Origin: Octopus vulgaris | Lineage: Eukaryota | Length of the DNA stretch: 64,000 nucleotides | Direction: 5' to 3' | Assembly: GCA_951406725.2 (NCBI GenBank) | Contig: OX597838.1 | Location: forward strand, 5,394,001 to 5,458,000 | Part shown: in pieces, positions 1 through 14,149 of the stretch | Position numbering within the stretch: the first letter of the stretch is position 1 | Layout: each line of letters begins with the position of its first letter | Notes under the pieces: model-generated | Database searches by the model: none | The model's input: only the letters and a program-made list of their open reading frames with translations | Told to the model about the DNA's origin: nothing | Made by a program: the position numbers and the translations under genes

Positions 1-481
1 CCTCTATGTTTTCGAATAAAAGTTTGTGCTTCATCACATACCGCTCAAATTTAGAAATATCAGTCAAAACTGCTAATTCCCCTACTACGACATATCTCCA
101 CAGACAGCTGTGTGCAGGTGTGTATTTAATTAAGAACAATTCAGTGAATTAATCTCAACGCAAGGGACTATTGTACGTGAAATAACATTTAAAATTATTC
201 AAAATCTCATCTTATATTACTAGCAGAATACATAGAAAATGCATTCAATGATCCTGCGTATATTTCACATATTTATGAAGACAGGGTTGTCACCGGTTCA
301 AATCATCTAATCTAAAAACATCTGGGGCTAAATTACAAATATATTTCGTAGAATTGACTGAGGCTATGTAAAATTTCGCTATATACTTAATGACGAAATT
401 ATCTGAGAAGAATATAGAAAACTGGATTATTACTATTAATAATTTAAGTAACTATGAAACAGATTTTAAAATTGCACTTAC

Positions 482-677
482 ACAGAGTAGAATACAGAAT
501 GATTTCCTTACGAAAAAGCACGCGGTGATCTGGATGACTCCGAATTAGTGACTGACAGCAAAAAAGCAGGTGATGATTGGGTTGGGTTAGCTTCTCTCCT
601 CGGCTGACTGACAGCAAAAAGGCAGGTGATGATCGGGATGGCTTATCTTCTCTGCTCGGCTGACTGACAACTAATGA
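482..677 (-). other. Probable non-coding first exon of a divergently transcribed paralog that continues off the left edge
   Basis: On the - strand it starts near TCATTAGTTGTCAGTCAG (660-677) and ends GTATTCTACTCTGTGT|GTAAGTGCAAT (donor at 481). Both ends match the first exon of the CCCH gene (TCACTAGTTGTCAGTCAG at 14249; GTATTCCACTGTTTCT|GTAAGTGCAAT at 14353). Confidence 0.6.
549..670. repeat. 56-bp tandem repeat, about 2.2 copies, inside the putative first exon
   Basis: GACTGACA recurs at 550, 606 and 662; the two full units align well (gactgacagcaaaaa.gcaggtgatgat.ggg...cttctct.ctcggct). Confidence 0.85.
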
Positions 678-830
678 TTTAGAAAACTTCACCTGTATTT
701 ATACTGTCAACTTTGAGATGACGGTCGATAGCAATAATAGATAACGGCGGGAATATTCACCAATCGCTCGGCGGTTCGTTAGACTATTGCTCACGTGATA
801 GGATAAAACTGACCAATCACGGCTTCGCAT
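670..830 (-). promoter_or_regulatory. Pol II core promoter (TATA, Inr-like, two CCAAT boxes, E-box)
   Basis: TATAAATA on the - strand at 696-703, about 26-30 nt upstream of an Inr-like TCATT; CCAATC at ~761 and ~813; TCACGTGA at 791-798; locally CpG-rich in an AT-rich background. Confidence 0.6.
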
Positions 831-1144
831 TGAAGAGATACCCGTTTTCAAATTTTGATCCTACTTTTATGTAAATGTGGGTAGCCTTTTGCTCACAGTG
901 GCCTTAATAAACTAGCATATGTTCCAAAGGTTTCCAACGATACCCACATATGAACTTTGAAGATAATTTATAATAAAATCTACATCAGGGAATTAGAATC
1001 GCAAAGTCAAAGTGATAAATAAATGCGAGTTTGTATACCTGCGTGTATATTTGTGAATATATATATTTATATATATGTATACATAAGTAAAGAGATATAT
1101 ACATATATATACACATATGTGTGAGTATACATACACACATACAA

Positions 1145-1183
<39 letters not shown>

Positions 1184-1733
1184 GTAGATATATAACATCT
1201 ATAGATACATATATATACATATATATCCCTATCTCTCTCTTTTAACCGTTTTAACTTGCTTATTTAACTACTTTTTTGATTTCTTTATGTTCGATTGAAT
1301 TAACAGCCAACTTTTGCGCTCATATGCACGCACACACATGCACAAACACACAAACACACACACACGCACATACGCATATGCACTCACTAACGCACGTACA
1401 CACGCATGCACACGCATGCACACGCAAATATTATTTCGCAACAGATAAGTAATCTTCATATTTATGTACAGTCGTTACTTGTAAATGTAATCATTGAAAC
1501 TATTGAGTTGTTCCCCGTACAACGCATCTATTTCTGAATGCTGAAATATGAAAAAAAATCACTCTTTTTGCCATAGCAACCACATCTTTACACCTTTCGA
1601 ATTTTAACCACCGCGGGTCGCATCCTCACTACGCATTTAGTATCCCCGCCAATTTTCAGCTCGATCCTGGCACAACTAGTGCCATTGAATCCTTACGAAA
1701 GCCAAAGTGTGCAAGTTTTTTTCTCTTTTATAT

Positions 1734-1814
<81 letters not shown>

Positions 1815-2353
1815 AACACTAAACAATCACGGCTTTGCAGTGAGGAGACACCCACATTCACTCTTTCATACTACTTTCATGCATATATGAGTACGTAGGC
1901 CCTAATATATTAGCGTATTCCAAAGATGACCACATGTGAATTTTGTTAGGTTTACAGTGCGGTCCCAGCAAAGAATCTATATAGCTGTGATACTACTTTA
2001 ACCACTGAGCCATGCCTATTCACATACACACGCACAGGGACACAAACACACACACTCTGCAAGGTTGTGCTCCAGCATGTCCACCGTGGGATGATTGAAA
2101 GTAAAAGAGTGAGTGCCTACATGCATGTATGTAAATATGTATGTATACATGTATGTATGCTAATATGAATATATATATATACATATCATATAGTATAAAT
2201 TACATATATATACAGATAGATACATGCATATGTATGCATGTATGTATGTATGTATGTATGTATGTATCTATCTATATAAGCATATATATATATATTCATG
2301 TGCTTGTGTGAGTGTGTGCATCAACATATATACATGTACATTCACACACACAC

Positions 2354-2430
2354 ATGTATATAATATAAATGTATATAATATAAATGTATATAATATAAAT
2401 GTATATAATATAAATGTATATAATATAAAT
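2354..2430. repeat. 15-bp minisatellite, about 5 copies
   Basis: (ATGTATATAATATAA)x5 read directly. Confidence 0.9.
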
Positions 2431-3065
2431 ATTAACAAGCACATACTGTTAACGCATCTGCAATTATACTTCACTGTATTGATGCATGGCAGAGATGTAT
2501 TCACTTAAAGCGCGCGGAAAAAGTCGGTTCGTTGGAAGCATCGTCAAACGGAATAACTCTCCTTCCATTCCATGTAGGACGGAAAGACTTCCATGGGATT
2601 CAAGATGAAGCATCTTTCCTGTCATTGACTTCTTTGTTTCCTGAAAACGTTTATCCGCCATGCAATTAGCAGATTACCGACGTCTGCCTCGGTATTCTGC
2701 TGATCATATTCTTATGGAATGTAATTAGATAAATTATGAGAAAACTGTGATAAAAAATTCCTGCATGATTTCATGTATCCTGGAAGATTGGCAATATACA
2801 AAAAAATTAAGAATTACATATATAGATCACATTCACACGAACACGCAGATACATACACACACACAAACACAAACACATACAAACATTCACAAGCATTGTT
2901 CTAGCTATCTCTTTCTCTCTCTCCCCCTCCCTGTCTATATATGCCTCTTTACATTCACACACACATATATATACATACATACATATATATTTGTATATAC
3001 ACACATACACACACTTATACATATATATGTATATATACTTGCATAGCAAGATATATGTATGTAAG

Positions 3066-3096
<31 letters not shown>

Positions 3097-3355
3097 CTTG
3101 CATAGCAAGTGACCTGATCTGAGTTCATGTGTTTGAATGAAAACAATTTCAGCGCAGAAGGTGTATATATGCCATTTAAAGACGTGCAAAGATCGATAGA
3201 TTCACTTTAACACGGAATTTTGTCAGTGAACAGGACTCCATCTCAAAGCGACAAAAATATTTTGATAAATTATATTTATATGCTGAAGTGAATCTAACGG
3301 TTTTTGTGTGTTTCCTAAATGGCTTATAAACACCTTCCACGCTGCAATTGTTTAC

Positions 3356-3415
<60 letters not shown>

Positions 3416-3456
3416 CCAGGCGCACACATGAATGTGTGTTCATATGTGTATATATC

Positions 3457-3497
<41 letters not shown>

Positions 3498-3527
3498 GTT
3501 CAAATACATATATGTTTATGTGTGAGT

Positions 3528-3582
<55 letters not shown>

Positions 3583-4525
3583 TGTATATGTATGTGTATG
3601 TGTGCATGTATGTATATATATACGTCTGTGTATGTAAGAACGATTGAGCATTTTAATTCAAAGTTTATTTCGTTGAAACTCATATATACCAAAATTGATA
3701 TAGAGAAAAAGGCACTTTCGAAAAGATGCGGTATGGAGGGATTAAACCAGTACGGTGTTGATGAAATCACAAACTAAATAGAATCAAACCCAACTTTTTG
3801 AACAATCACACGTACACACACATTCACTTACACACATACACACACATGCTAATATTAAATGGAAACGAATTGTTTTGAATCAGAATCGAAAGCCTTTTGT
3901 ATTGGTGTTTTCCGTAAGTCACCGCTTTGAAGTTCTCTTCAGCTACTGAACTGGCCGAAGAGACAGTCGTTAAACAATAGAATGGCAGCTGCCATCGTTT
4001 AGACTTTGGCCGTATCTACGTGGCCGGACATGGTTCCAGTGTTGAGTCAGTCAAATGTGTCATTGTGAAGCATCTGTGCTATTTTACCTGCCTTAATTAA
4101 AATATTTTAATTACACTTTGTTCAAAAAATTCATTTTCATTTTACGCTGAAAATATATCTACCCACATCAATATACACATCATACCCTGAAATATACCCA
4201 AGCTGTCTCTCTCACTCTCACCTTTTCCTTTTCCCCATCTTCCTCTTTTCCCTCTCTTTCCCATTGTTTCTGCCGGTCATTTTCCCTCTCTCTTTCACTC
4301 CCACCCTGTGTCCTTTCCCCTCTCCCTCTCTTTGTTTCTGTCTCTCTCTCTCTCCCTCTACCACTCACTACTTCTTTCAGTCTCTCTCGCGTTTTTATGT
4401 CTGTTTTCATCTCACTCTCTATCTCCCTCTTTCTCTCCCTCCTTTTTCCTCCCTCCCATATTGCTTCTCTCTGAAAATATATATACCCAAAACAAATTAC
4501 ACATCGTACCCTGAAAAATGTACAT

Positions 4526-4556
<31 letters not shown>

Positions 4557-5934
4557 TGCACCTCTCTCTTCCCCATTGTTTCTGTCCGTCTGTCTCTCTC
4601 TTTCATTCCCTCTTTCTTTCACAAACTTATACAAGTCAGTGTGATATTACTTATAAAGGAATTCTTTGCAGTGCGCACACACACGAATACACACACACGA
4701 ACACACACACACACACAAACACACACATATATATATATATGAGTCTGTCTGTGTGTGCGTGTGTGTGAGTGTAAGTGTGTGTGTATCTGTGACTTTTGTC
4801 TATGCGTGTGTTCGTTTCCTACTTTGGTTTCTAATTCTTTTCCCTACGTATGAATATACGGACCTTTACTGTAATATATATATATTTTTTAATGTTATCA
4901 GCATCTTAGTATATCAAGCCATCTACTGAACCGCTAAGTAACAGATAGGAAATAAATATGAACTTTTGTTATTTATCTTTTTAATGAAAACATTATGATA
5001 TTGGCACAAAAAATATTAGACACAGATTAAGACACAATTCTCTCTTTTCTCATTTGCAAATATTGGCTAAATTTTATTTAAACGAGAAGAAACCTTCCTG
5101 CCGTTCCTGCACGGAGGGATTGAACCCCTATTGAGTTAAAAAAAAAAATTTCCTACAGTCAACACATACAGTCTCACCCTCACACTTTTTTCCCTCACCC
5201 TTTCTTTTTCTGTCTGTTTACTCTCTCTCTCTCTCTCACTATTTCTCCCTTTTTACCTCTCTCACCAATTGTTGCTGCCTGTCTGTGTTTCTTTCTTTCT
5301 CTCTTTCTCTCTCTCTCTCTCTGTCTCACTCCCACTCTATCTCTTTCCCTCTTTTCCTCCCATTCCCACTAATATATACAAGTCAGTGTGATATTAAACA
5401 TAACACATTTATTTACAGAAGTGGCTGTGTGGTATGACGCTTGCTTCCCAACTACATTGCTACGGGTTCAATCCCGCTGCAGGATCACTTGGGCGGCTCG
5501 TGTCTTCTACTATAGCCTCGATCGAGCGAGAGAGAGAGAAATGGGAGATGTATATACAAATACACTTTTCTTGATTTACTTGTTTCAGCCATTTGATTGT
5601 GGCCATGCTGGAGCACCGCGTTGTAGATTTGTAGTCGATGAAAATATCGCCAGGATTTATTTTTGTAATCCTTGTACTTATTCTAACGGTATTTTCTTGC
5701 TGTACCGCTAAGTTACGGGGGAAATAAATACACCAGCATCGGCTGCGAAGCGTGAGCGGGTAGACGGAAATCGGCACACCTAAATACATACGTATTTATC
5801 CACGAAGAGCTTTCTTTAGTTTCCGCTTACTATATCCACGTAGACATTTAAACAATGTGACACACAGTGGGACTGAACCAGGGTCCACATGGTAGTGAAG
5901 CAGGCTTCTTATCATATATATATATATGTTATTT

Positions 5935-6320
5935 TACTCTTTTACTTGTTTCAGTTATTTGACTGTGGCCATGCTGGAGCACCACATTTAGTCGAGCAAA
6001 TCGACCCCGGGACATATTCTTTGTAAGCCCACTACCTATTCTATCGGTCTCTTTTGCCGAATCGCTAAGTGACGGGGACGTAAACACACTAGCATCGGTT
6101 GTTAAGCAATGCTAGGGGGACAAACACAGACACACATACATATACATATATATACATATATACGACAGGCTTATTTCAGTTTCCGTCTACCAAATCCACT
6201 CACAAGGCATTGGTAGGCCCGGGGCTATAGCAGAAGACACTTGCCCAAGATGCCACGCAGTGGGATTGAACCCGGAACCATGTGGTTGGTTAGCAAGCTT
6301 CTTACCACACAGCCACTCCT
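5935..6320 (-). mobile_element. tRNA-derived SINE, main family (family A)
   Basis: Reverse complement of the consensus: head GGAGTGGCTGTGTGGTAAG...GGTTCAATCCC, CCTTGGGCAAGT-like centre, internal TA/TG tract, tail GCTCCAGCATGGCC.CAGTCAAAT.ACTGAAACAAGTAAAAGAG. Confidence 0.9.
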
Positions 6321-6689
6321 ATATATATATACTTTCACAAATACACAAATGTACCTCCAGACGCAGACACATGTACACACACATAGTATTCTTTTAGTCC
6401 TTTATTTGCTTCAGTCATTTGAGAGCGACCATGCTGGAGCATCGATTCAAATGGTGTTAGTCTTTACTGTAGAGAGGGATTGAACCCGTACTGGTTTAAT
6501 GAAAATATAAATTACATACCAAGAAACGCATCAGCTCCCGCAATCTAACAGGCAAATAAACACACATACACAATCACACACATACACACCCTTGGGAGCG
6601 CGAACGAATTATTTTTATTCAGGCTCGAAAGCCTTTCAAATTGTTGGTTTCTATAATTCTCTTCTCTGAAAGTGTTTTGAGGTACCGAA

Positions 6690-8815
6690 CTGGCCGAAGG
6701 GATAGGCGTTAAACAATAGGAGGGTAGCTGCTTCAAATTCGGCCGTAGCTATGTGGACGGACATAGTTTGATGACTGCGAAGTAAATACGTCACCATTTG
6801 GCTATCTCATTTAAAGACTATTGTTTGACCACTATCCCTTTGGCCAGTTCAGTATCTAAGTACCCTTTGAAAGAGGAGAATTATGGAAAACACCGATTTG
6901 AAAGACTTTCGAATCTGAATGAAAATAATTCGTTCCCATTTGTTATTAGCGTGACGCGCACATACACCCGAGAGTGTGTATGTGTATGAGTGAGTGTGTG
7001 TGTTAGGTGTGTTTGTTTACCTGTTAGATTGTGGGAGCTGGCCGAAGGATAGACATTAAACAATAGGGGGGCAGCTGACTAACTTTCAATTTCGGTCGTA
7101 GCTATGTGGACGGACATAGTTTAATGACTGCGAAGTAAACACGTCACCATTTGGCTACCCCGTTTTAGACTATTGTTTGACCACTATCCCTTCGGCCAGT
7201 TCGGTTTTTAAGTACCCTTTGAAAGAGGATAATTATGGAAAACACCGATTTGAAAGGCTTTCGAGTCTGAATGAAAATACTTCGTTCCCATTTGTTATTA
7301 GCGTGACGCGCACATACTCCCGAGAGTGTGTATGTGTGTGAGTGAGTGTGTGTGTTAGGTGTGTTTGTTTACCTGTTAGATTGTGGGAGCTGGCCGAAGG
7401 ATAGACATTAAACAATAGGGGGGCAGCTGACTAACTTTCAATTTCAATCGTAGCTATGTGGACGGACATAATTTGATGACTGCGAAGTAAACACGTCACC
7501 ATTTGGCTACCCCGTTTAAAGACTATTGTTTGACCACTATCCCTTCGGTCAGTTCTGTATCTAAGTACCCTTTGAAAGAGGAGAATTATGGAAAACACCG
7601 ATTTGAAAGGCTTTCGAGTCTGAATGAAAATAATTCGTTCCTATTTGTTATTAGCCTGACACGCACATACTCCCGAGAGTGTGTATGTGTGTGTGTGTTA
7701 GGTGTGTTTGCTTACCTGTTAGATTGTGGGAGCTTATGTGTATTGAGGTACCGAACTGGCCGAAGGGATAGGCGTTAAACAATAGGAGGGGAGCTGCTTA
7801 AAAGTCGGCCGTAGGTATGTGGACGAACATAGTTTGATGACTGCGAAGTAAACACGTCACCATTTGGCTATCCCGTTTAAAGACTATTGTTTGACCACTA
7901 TCCCTTCAACCTGTTCGGTTTCTAAGTACCCTTTGAAAGAGGAGAATTATGGAAAACACCGATTTGAAAGGCTTTCGAGTCTGAATGAAAATAATTCGTT
8001 CCTATTTGTTATTAGCTTGACACGCACATACTCCCGAGAGTGTGTATGTGTGTGAGTGAGTGTTTGTGTGTTAGGTGTGTTTGCTTAGCTGTTAGATTGT
8101 GGGAGCTTATGTGTATTGAGGTACCGAGCTGGCCGAAGGGATAGGCGTTAAACAATAGGAGGGCAGCTGCTTCAAATTAGGCTGTAGGTATGTGGACGGA
8201 CATAGTTTGATGACTGCGAAGTTCCTCTTTGTTATTAGCGTGACGCGCACATGCTCCCGAGGGTGTGTAGTGTGTGAGTGAGTGTGTGTGTTTACCTGTT
8301 AGATTGTGGGAGCTAATGTGTATTGAGGTACTGAACTGGCCGAAGGGATAAGCGTTAAACAATAGGATGGCAGCTGCTTGAAATTCGGCCGTAGGTATGT
8401 GGACGGAGATAGTTTGATGACTGTGAAGTAAAGACGTCACCTTTTGGCTATCCCGTTTAAAGACTATTATTTGACCAGTATCCCTTCGGCCAGTTCTGTA
8501 TCTAAGTACCCTTTGAAAGAGGAGAATTATGGAAAACACCGATTTGAAAGGCTTTCGAGTCTGAATGAAAATAATTCGTTCCTACTTGTTATTAGCGTGA
8601 CACGCACATACTCCCGAGGGTGTGTATGTGTGTGAGTGAGTGTGTGTGTTTACCTGTTAGATTGTGGGAGCTTATGTGTATTGAGGTACCGAACTGGCCG
8701 AGGGACAGGCGTTAAACAATAGGAGGGCAGCTGACTAAATTCCAAATTCGGCCGTAGCTATGTGGACGGACATAGTTTGGTGACTGCGAAATAAATACGT
8801 CACCATTTGCCTACC
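6690..8815. repeat. Complex tandem repeat, ~352-361-bp units (about 6, one internally deleted), each carrying an inverted segment
   Basis: CTATT.TTTGACCA.TATCCC recurs at 6818, 7170, 7523, 7884 and 8464. Near-identical short ORFs recur in the ORF track at 6798, 7503, 7864 and 8444. Confidence 0.9.
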
Positions 8816-10531
8816 GTGAGACCGGACTTTCTGCTCAGTGTTGAGCCAGCCAAACTGTGTCATTGTTAAACTTTTATGATATTTTACCTGCCTGAATTTA
8901 ATAAATCTATGTTTAAAAATTTCATTTTTTTTTACTATGAAAATATATCTACCCACATGAATATACACGTTGTACGCAGTAAAGCGCACAGGCGGTCTCT
9001 CTCTCTCTCTCTCTCACCCTTCCTCTTTCTCCCACTCTCTCTTTTCTCCCACTTTCATTCTCTGTCTCTTTCCCTTCTTCTCTCCCATTTTTCACTCTCT
9101 TTCTCCATTTGTTTCTTTCTGTCCTTTTCTCTCTCTCTTTCTCTGTGCCTCTCACTCCCTTTGTTTCTGTCTGACTTTTTCTCCCTCTCTCTATCGCACA
9201 CCCTCCTTCTCACTTGTCTCTTCTTTTGTTTCTGTCTATCTTTTTCTCTCTCCTCTTTCTGTCTCTTTCGCTTTGAGTCTGTCTTTTTCTCTCTCTCCAT
9301 TCCTCTCCCCCTCTCCGTGTATTTCTTTCTGTCTTTATCTCCTTCTATCCTCACCTCTCTCCCTTTTTCCTTTGTTTCTATCTATCTTTCCTTCCCTCAC
9401 TTTTCCTGTTTCCTTCCCTCTCTTTGTATCTTTCCATTTCCCTCCTTTTCCCTCTCTCTCCCTTTGCTTCTATCTGCCTTCTTCTCTCACTACCTCTCTT
9501 TAGCTTTCCCTTTTACCCTCCCTCTCCCACAAATACATACAAGTCAGTGTGATATTACATATAAAGAAATTATTTGCAAGTGTGGCTGTGTGGTAAGAAG
9601 CTTGCTTCCCAACCACATCGATGGGGGTTCAATCCCGATGCTTGGTCACTTGGGTTAGTGTCTTCTATAGCCTCGATCATCTATAGCCTTGATCGAGTGG
9701 ATTTGGGCTGCCGGTGAACAATAACTTGTGAGTGAGGTCGGTAACAGAAAACTGAAAGGAGCTTGTTGAATATATGTATATATACACACAGACTCACTCA
9801 CACACACAAATACACACACAGAGCCACACACAATCGCACAGAGTGTCACACACACAATTTAGGTGGCATACTGGCAATTTGCACATTGCGAGTTTTAGCA
9901 TATGTGTTACAAAATTGATTAGCACCCTCAGTGACATTAATTACCTCTATTAAATAAAACCATATATAATTGTGAGTGTGTGTGTGTGAGAGTATGTATG
10001 TGTGTCTGCATGTGTGCGTGTGTCTCTGTCCATCCGCAGCCATCTTATCCTCCGCTAGACATATCGTCTTCTTCTCCCTAACATAGCGTTTCAGCAAAAT
10101 AGCCAATGGTATATTAAAAAAGGCTTAAAAATAAGTTCTCGTGTCTATAAACACGACTCGATACCCAAACATTGCCATATGTTTACAAACTTGCCATCCG
10201 CATAGTTAGAGCGTCAAGCGTACGATCTTGAGGTTGTGATTTCGATTCCCGGACCGAGTTGCGTGTGGTGGTCTTGAGCAAGACACTTCATTTCACGTTA
10301 CTCCAGTTAACTCAGCTGTAGAAATGAGTTGCAACATCACTGGTGCCAAGCTGTTTTGGGCCCTTTACCTTTCCCTTGGATAATATCGGTGGCGTGGAGA
10401 GGGGAGGCTGGTATGCATGGGCGAGTGCTGGTCTTCCATAAACAACCTTGCCCGGACTTGTGCCTAGGAGGGTAACTTTATACGTGCAATCCCATGGTCA
10501 GTCATGAACGATGGCGGGGGGTCTCCTCCTC

Positions 10532-10597
<66 letters not shown>

Positions 10598-10643
10598 AAT
10601 TCTTTTGTAGTACATGCATCTAAATCATCTATATGTGTGTTTT

Positions 10644-10681
<38 letters not shown>

Positions 10682-11640
10682 TTAGTTAGTTAATTTTTGG
10701 GCTCAAAAAGCAAAAAGCAAGGCCATGTAGGGGGACATGGAGTTATGTACAGGGTGGTGTTCATGTATAGAGTTCAGGCCACTTATATTTACATTTATAC
10801 ATATTCGCAAGTACTTACACGCAGACGCACACACGCGCGCGCGCGCGCCCCACCCCGCTTATAAAATCTAAATATTATCAGTCACCTATACGTAAAACCT
10901 ATGCAGCCTATATTTCTTTATGCACCTCCTCCAGCTTGGCGGAGATGTAGTCACTTAAATCACCGGGTGTAAAACCACTTAGGCTTCATCGACAAAGCAT
11001 ATAACTCTCCTTCCATCCCGTTTAAGAATGAATCACTTCGATGGGATCCAAGGCGAGTTATCTCACCTGTGTGTGCCTCTTGTGTGTTTTCGGAAAGGGT
11101 ACTGTGAGTATATATTTATTATTTCAGTAGCAGCTAATTAAGATCTTTATCAAATATTCTGCTGTACATATAATTATGAAATATAATTAGATAACATACA
11201 AGACAATTGTCAAACCCGTAGTAGTTGTATGTATCTTATATCAGTTGTTTGTTTTGATGTGCGATGTTTTTATTGCGTCATCCCTCTAACGAACAATGCA
11301 GTAGTGAATTCTGTCAGGGAACAGGTCACGGTTTCAAAACGACGAAAATATTTTGACACAAATTGACTTTAAATGCTGAAATGAATCTAACGTTTTTTAT
11401 GTGTATTTAAATGCTCTATAAACACCTTACACATATGCATGCATATATATACATACGTAGATATATGCATATATACATACATATACACGCATATAGAGAA
11501 ATACATAGATAGATAGATATGCATGTCCCTTATTATGTGTATATTAACCACCCTATCTAGATATTTGAGTACATATTATACATACGTACACAAACACACA
11601 CATATATATATATACATATATTCTTGTATACATACATATG

Positions 11641-11890
11641 CGGAGGCTCGTGCCTTAGTGGTTAGGGTGTCAGCCTCATGGTCGTAAGATAGTGGTTTCG
11701 ATTCCTGGACCGGGCGACGCGTTTTGTTCTTGAGCAAAACACTTCATTTCACGTTGCTCCAGTCCACTCGGATGGTAAAATGAGTAACGCTGCGATGGAC
11801 TGGCGTCCCGTCCCGCTGGGGAACACATACGCCATTGAAACCGGGAAACCGGGCTCATGAGCCTGGTTAGGCTTTAAAAGGGCGCATATA
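11641..11890 (+). mobile_element. tRNA-derived SINE, second family (further copies at 13563-13812 +, related copies at 49145-49466 - and ~10200-10520 +)
   Basis: A/B-box-like head (TAGTGGTTAGGG...GGTTTCGATTCC) followed by TTCTTGAGCAAAACACTTCATTTCACGTTGCTCCAGTCCACTC, shared among the copies. Confidence 0.85.
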
Positions 11891-11893
11891 TTT

Positions 11894-12205
11894 GTGGAGG
11901 CGCAATGGCCCAGTGGTTAGGGCAGGGGACTCGCGGTCGGAGGATCGCGGTTTCGATTCCCAGACCGGGCGTTGTGTGTGTTTATTGAGCGAAAATACCT
12001 TAAGCTCCACGACTCTCCGGCAGGATGTGGTAGCGACTCCGGTTGTACTCTTTCGCCACACTTTTTATCACTCTTTCGTCTGTTGGCCAGCTTGCTTAGC
12101 TAGCAGGGTGGCGTCATTTGAAGGTTAAAGCAATGCGAAGCGCATTGTGACCAGCGGTGTGTAGCAATATCTGATAGCCTGTCGGCCACGGTGATCATGG
12201 TGATA
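11894..12205 (+). mobile_element. tRNA-derived SINE, third family
   Basis: Head GTGGAGGCGCAATGGCCCAGTGGTTAGGGC...GGTTTCGATTCCC. A second copy lies on the - strand at 54880-55181. Confidence 0.85.
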
Positions 12206-12556
12206 ATGTAACACACTCACCGCTAAAATTTCCACATATTTCTTATTTTTATTTTCCTAAACTTTTCGTTGCGTCTTGCAACCTTTTCAATAGTCGTGAC
12301 TCTGTCACGGTGATATATATATATATATATATATTTGTGTGTGTATATGTTTGTGTACCTCTGTTTGTGCCCCCAACATCGCTTGAAAACACATGCTGGT
12401 GTGTTCACGTCCTCTCACATAGCGGTTCGGCAAGAAATCCGATAGAATAATTTCTAGGCTAAGCAGGAATAAGTTTTGGGGTCGAAGGTGGTGCTCCAGC
12501 ATGGCCGCAGTCAAATGCCTCAAACAAATGAAAGAATATATATATATATATGTATA

Positions 12557-13335
12557 GGCGCAGGGGTGGCTGTGTGGTAAGTAGTTTGCTAACCAACCAC
12601 ATGGTTCCGGGTTCAGTCCCACTGCCTGGCATCTTGGGCAAGTGTCTTCTGCTATAGCCCCAGGCCGGCCAATGCCTTGTGAGTGGATTTGGTAGACGGA
12701 AACTGAAAGAAGCCTGTCGTATATATGTATATATATATATATAATTGTGTGTGTATGTGTTTGTGTGTCTGTGTCTGTCCCTCTAGCATTGCTTGACAAC
12801 CGATGCTGGTGTGTTTACGTCCCCGTCACCTAGCGGTTCGGTAAAAGAGACCGATAGATTAAGTAATGGGCTTACAAAGAATATGTCCCGGGGTCGAGTT
12901 TGCTCGACTAAAGGCGGTGCTCCAGCATGGCCGCAGTCAAACGAGTGGCTGTGTGGTAAGTAGCTTGTTTACCAACCACATGGTTCCGGGTTCAGTCCCA
13001 CTGCGTTACACCTTGGGCAAGTGTCTTCTACTATAGCCTCGGGCCGACCAAAGCCTTGTGAGTGGATTTGGTAGACGGAAACTGAATGAAGCCCGTCGTA
13101 TATATGTATATATATATATGCGTGTGTGTGTTTGTGTGTCTGTGTTTGTCCCCCTAGCATTCCTTGACAACCGATGCTGGTGTGTTTGTGTCCCCGTTAC
13201 TTAGCGATTAGGCAAAAAGAGACCGATAATATAAGTACTGGGCTTACAAAAGAATAAGTCCCGGGGTCGAGGTGCTCGATTAAAGGCGGTGCTCCAGCAT
13301 GGCCGCAGTCAAATGACTGAAACAAGTAAAAAGAA
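12557..13335 (+). mobile_element. Two head-to-tail family A SINEs (12557-12940, 12944-13335)
   Basis: Two successive head/body/tail consensus matches; the first tail is cut after GCCGCAGTCAAA. Confidence 0.9.
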
Positions 13336-13361
13336 AAAAAAGAGAAAGATATATATATATA

Positions 13362-13416
<55 letters not shown>

Positions 13417-14149
13417 ATGTATATGTATATGTCCATATATGTGTCTTTGTGTTTACGTCCCCGTAACTTAGAGGTTCGTCAAAAAAGAATTCTATAGATT
13501 AGGTAATATGTTTTAAAATATAATTCTCGGTATCTATTTGTTTCACTAAAACCCGTAAATATGTGGAGGCGAGTGGCTTACTGGTTAGGGTGTCAGCATC
13601 ATGATCGTAAGATTATGGATTCGATTCCTGGACCGGGCGATGCGTTGTGTTCTTGAGCAAAACACTTCATTTCACATTGCTCCAGTCCACTCAGCTGGCA
13701 AAAATTAGTAACGCTGCGATGGACTGGCGTCCCATCCAGCTGAGGAACACATACGCCATAAAAACCGGGAAACCGGGCCCATGGCCCTCCCTAGGCTTTA
13801 AAAGGGCGCATTTATTAATTTTTTTGAAACCCTTAAATGCTGCGTTACAGCATGGTCGCGGTGAAATGACTGAAAAACGGTATACGAATTTAAGAATATG
13901 TTTAGAATATATTTTGGAAATTATAAAGTAAATAAAAGTGTGAACTGTTAAATCTTAAATAACGGTTTGTGATATTTAATTTCAATATTTTTAACGAATA
14001 ATATTTGAAAAATACATGAATATAATGAAAATATTTAAATATGAATTTCTGATTAAAATTCCGTCCCCTAAAAGTTTTTTCTATAGTATCTGAAATTTGA
14101 TACTCCCCCCCCACCACCACCACAATCACCACGCCTGTTGTTCAGTCGT

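Noticed and set aside
6690-8815. Regularly spaced repeats resembling a CRISPR array, and repeated 63-aa ORFs
   Set aside because: The whole unit is repeated with no unique spacers, there are no cas genes, and the context is eukaryotic. The ORFs start at TTG and run into microsatellite, so they were not called as CDS.
8876-9658. 260-aa hydrophobic ORF resembling a membrane protein
   Set aside because: CT-rich low-complexity tract that lacks stops by composition.
11641-12000. tRNA-like sequences with A and B boxes
   Set aside because: They are SINE heads that continue into repeated SINE bodies; no complete cloverleaf was seen.
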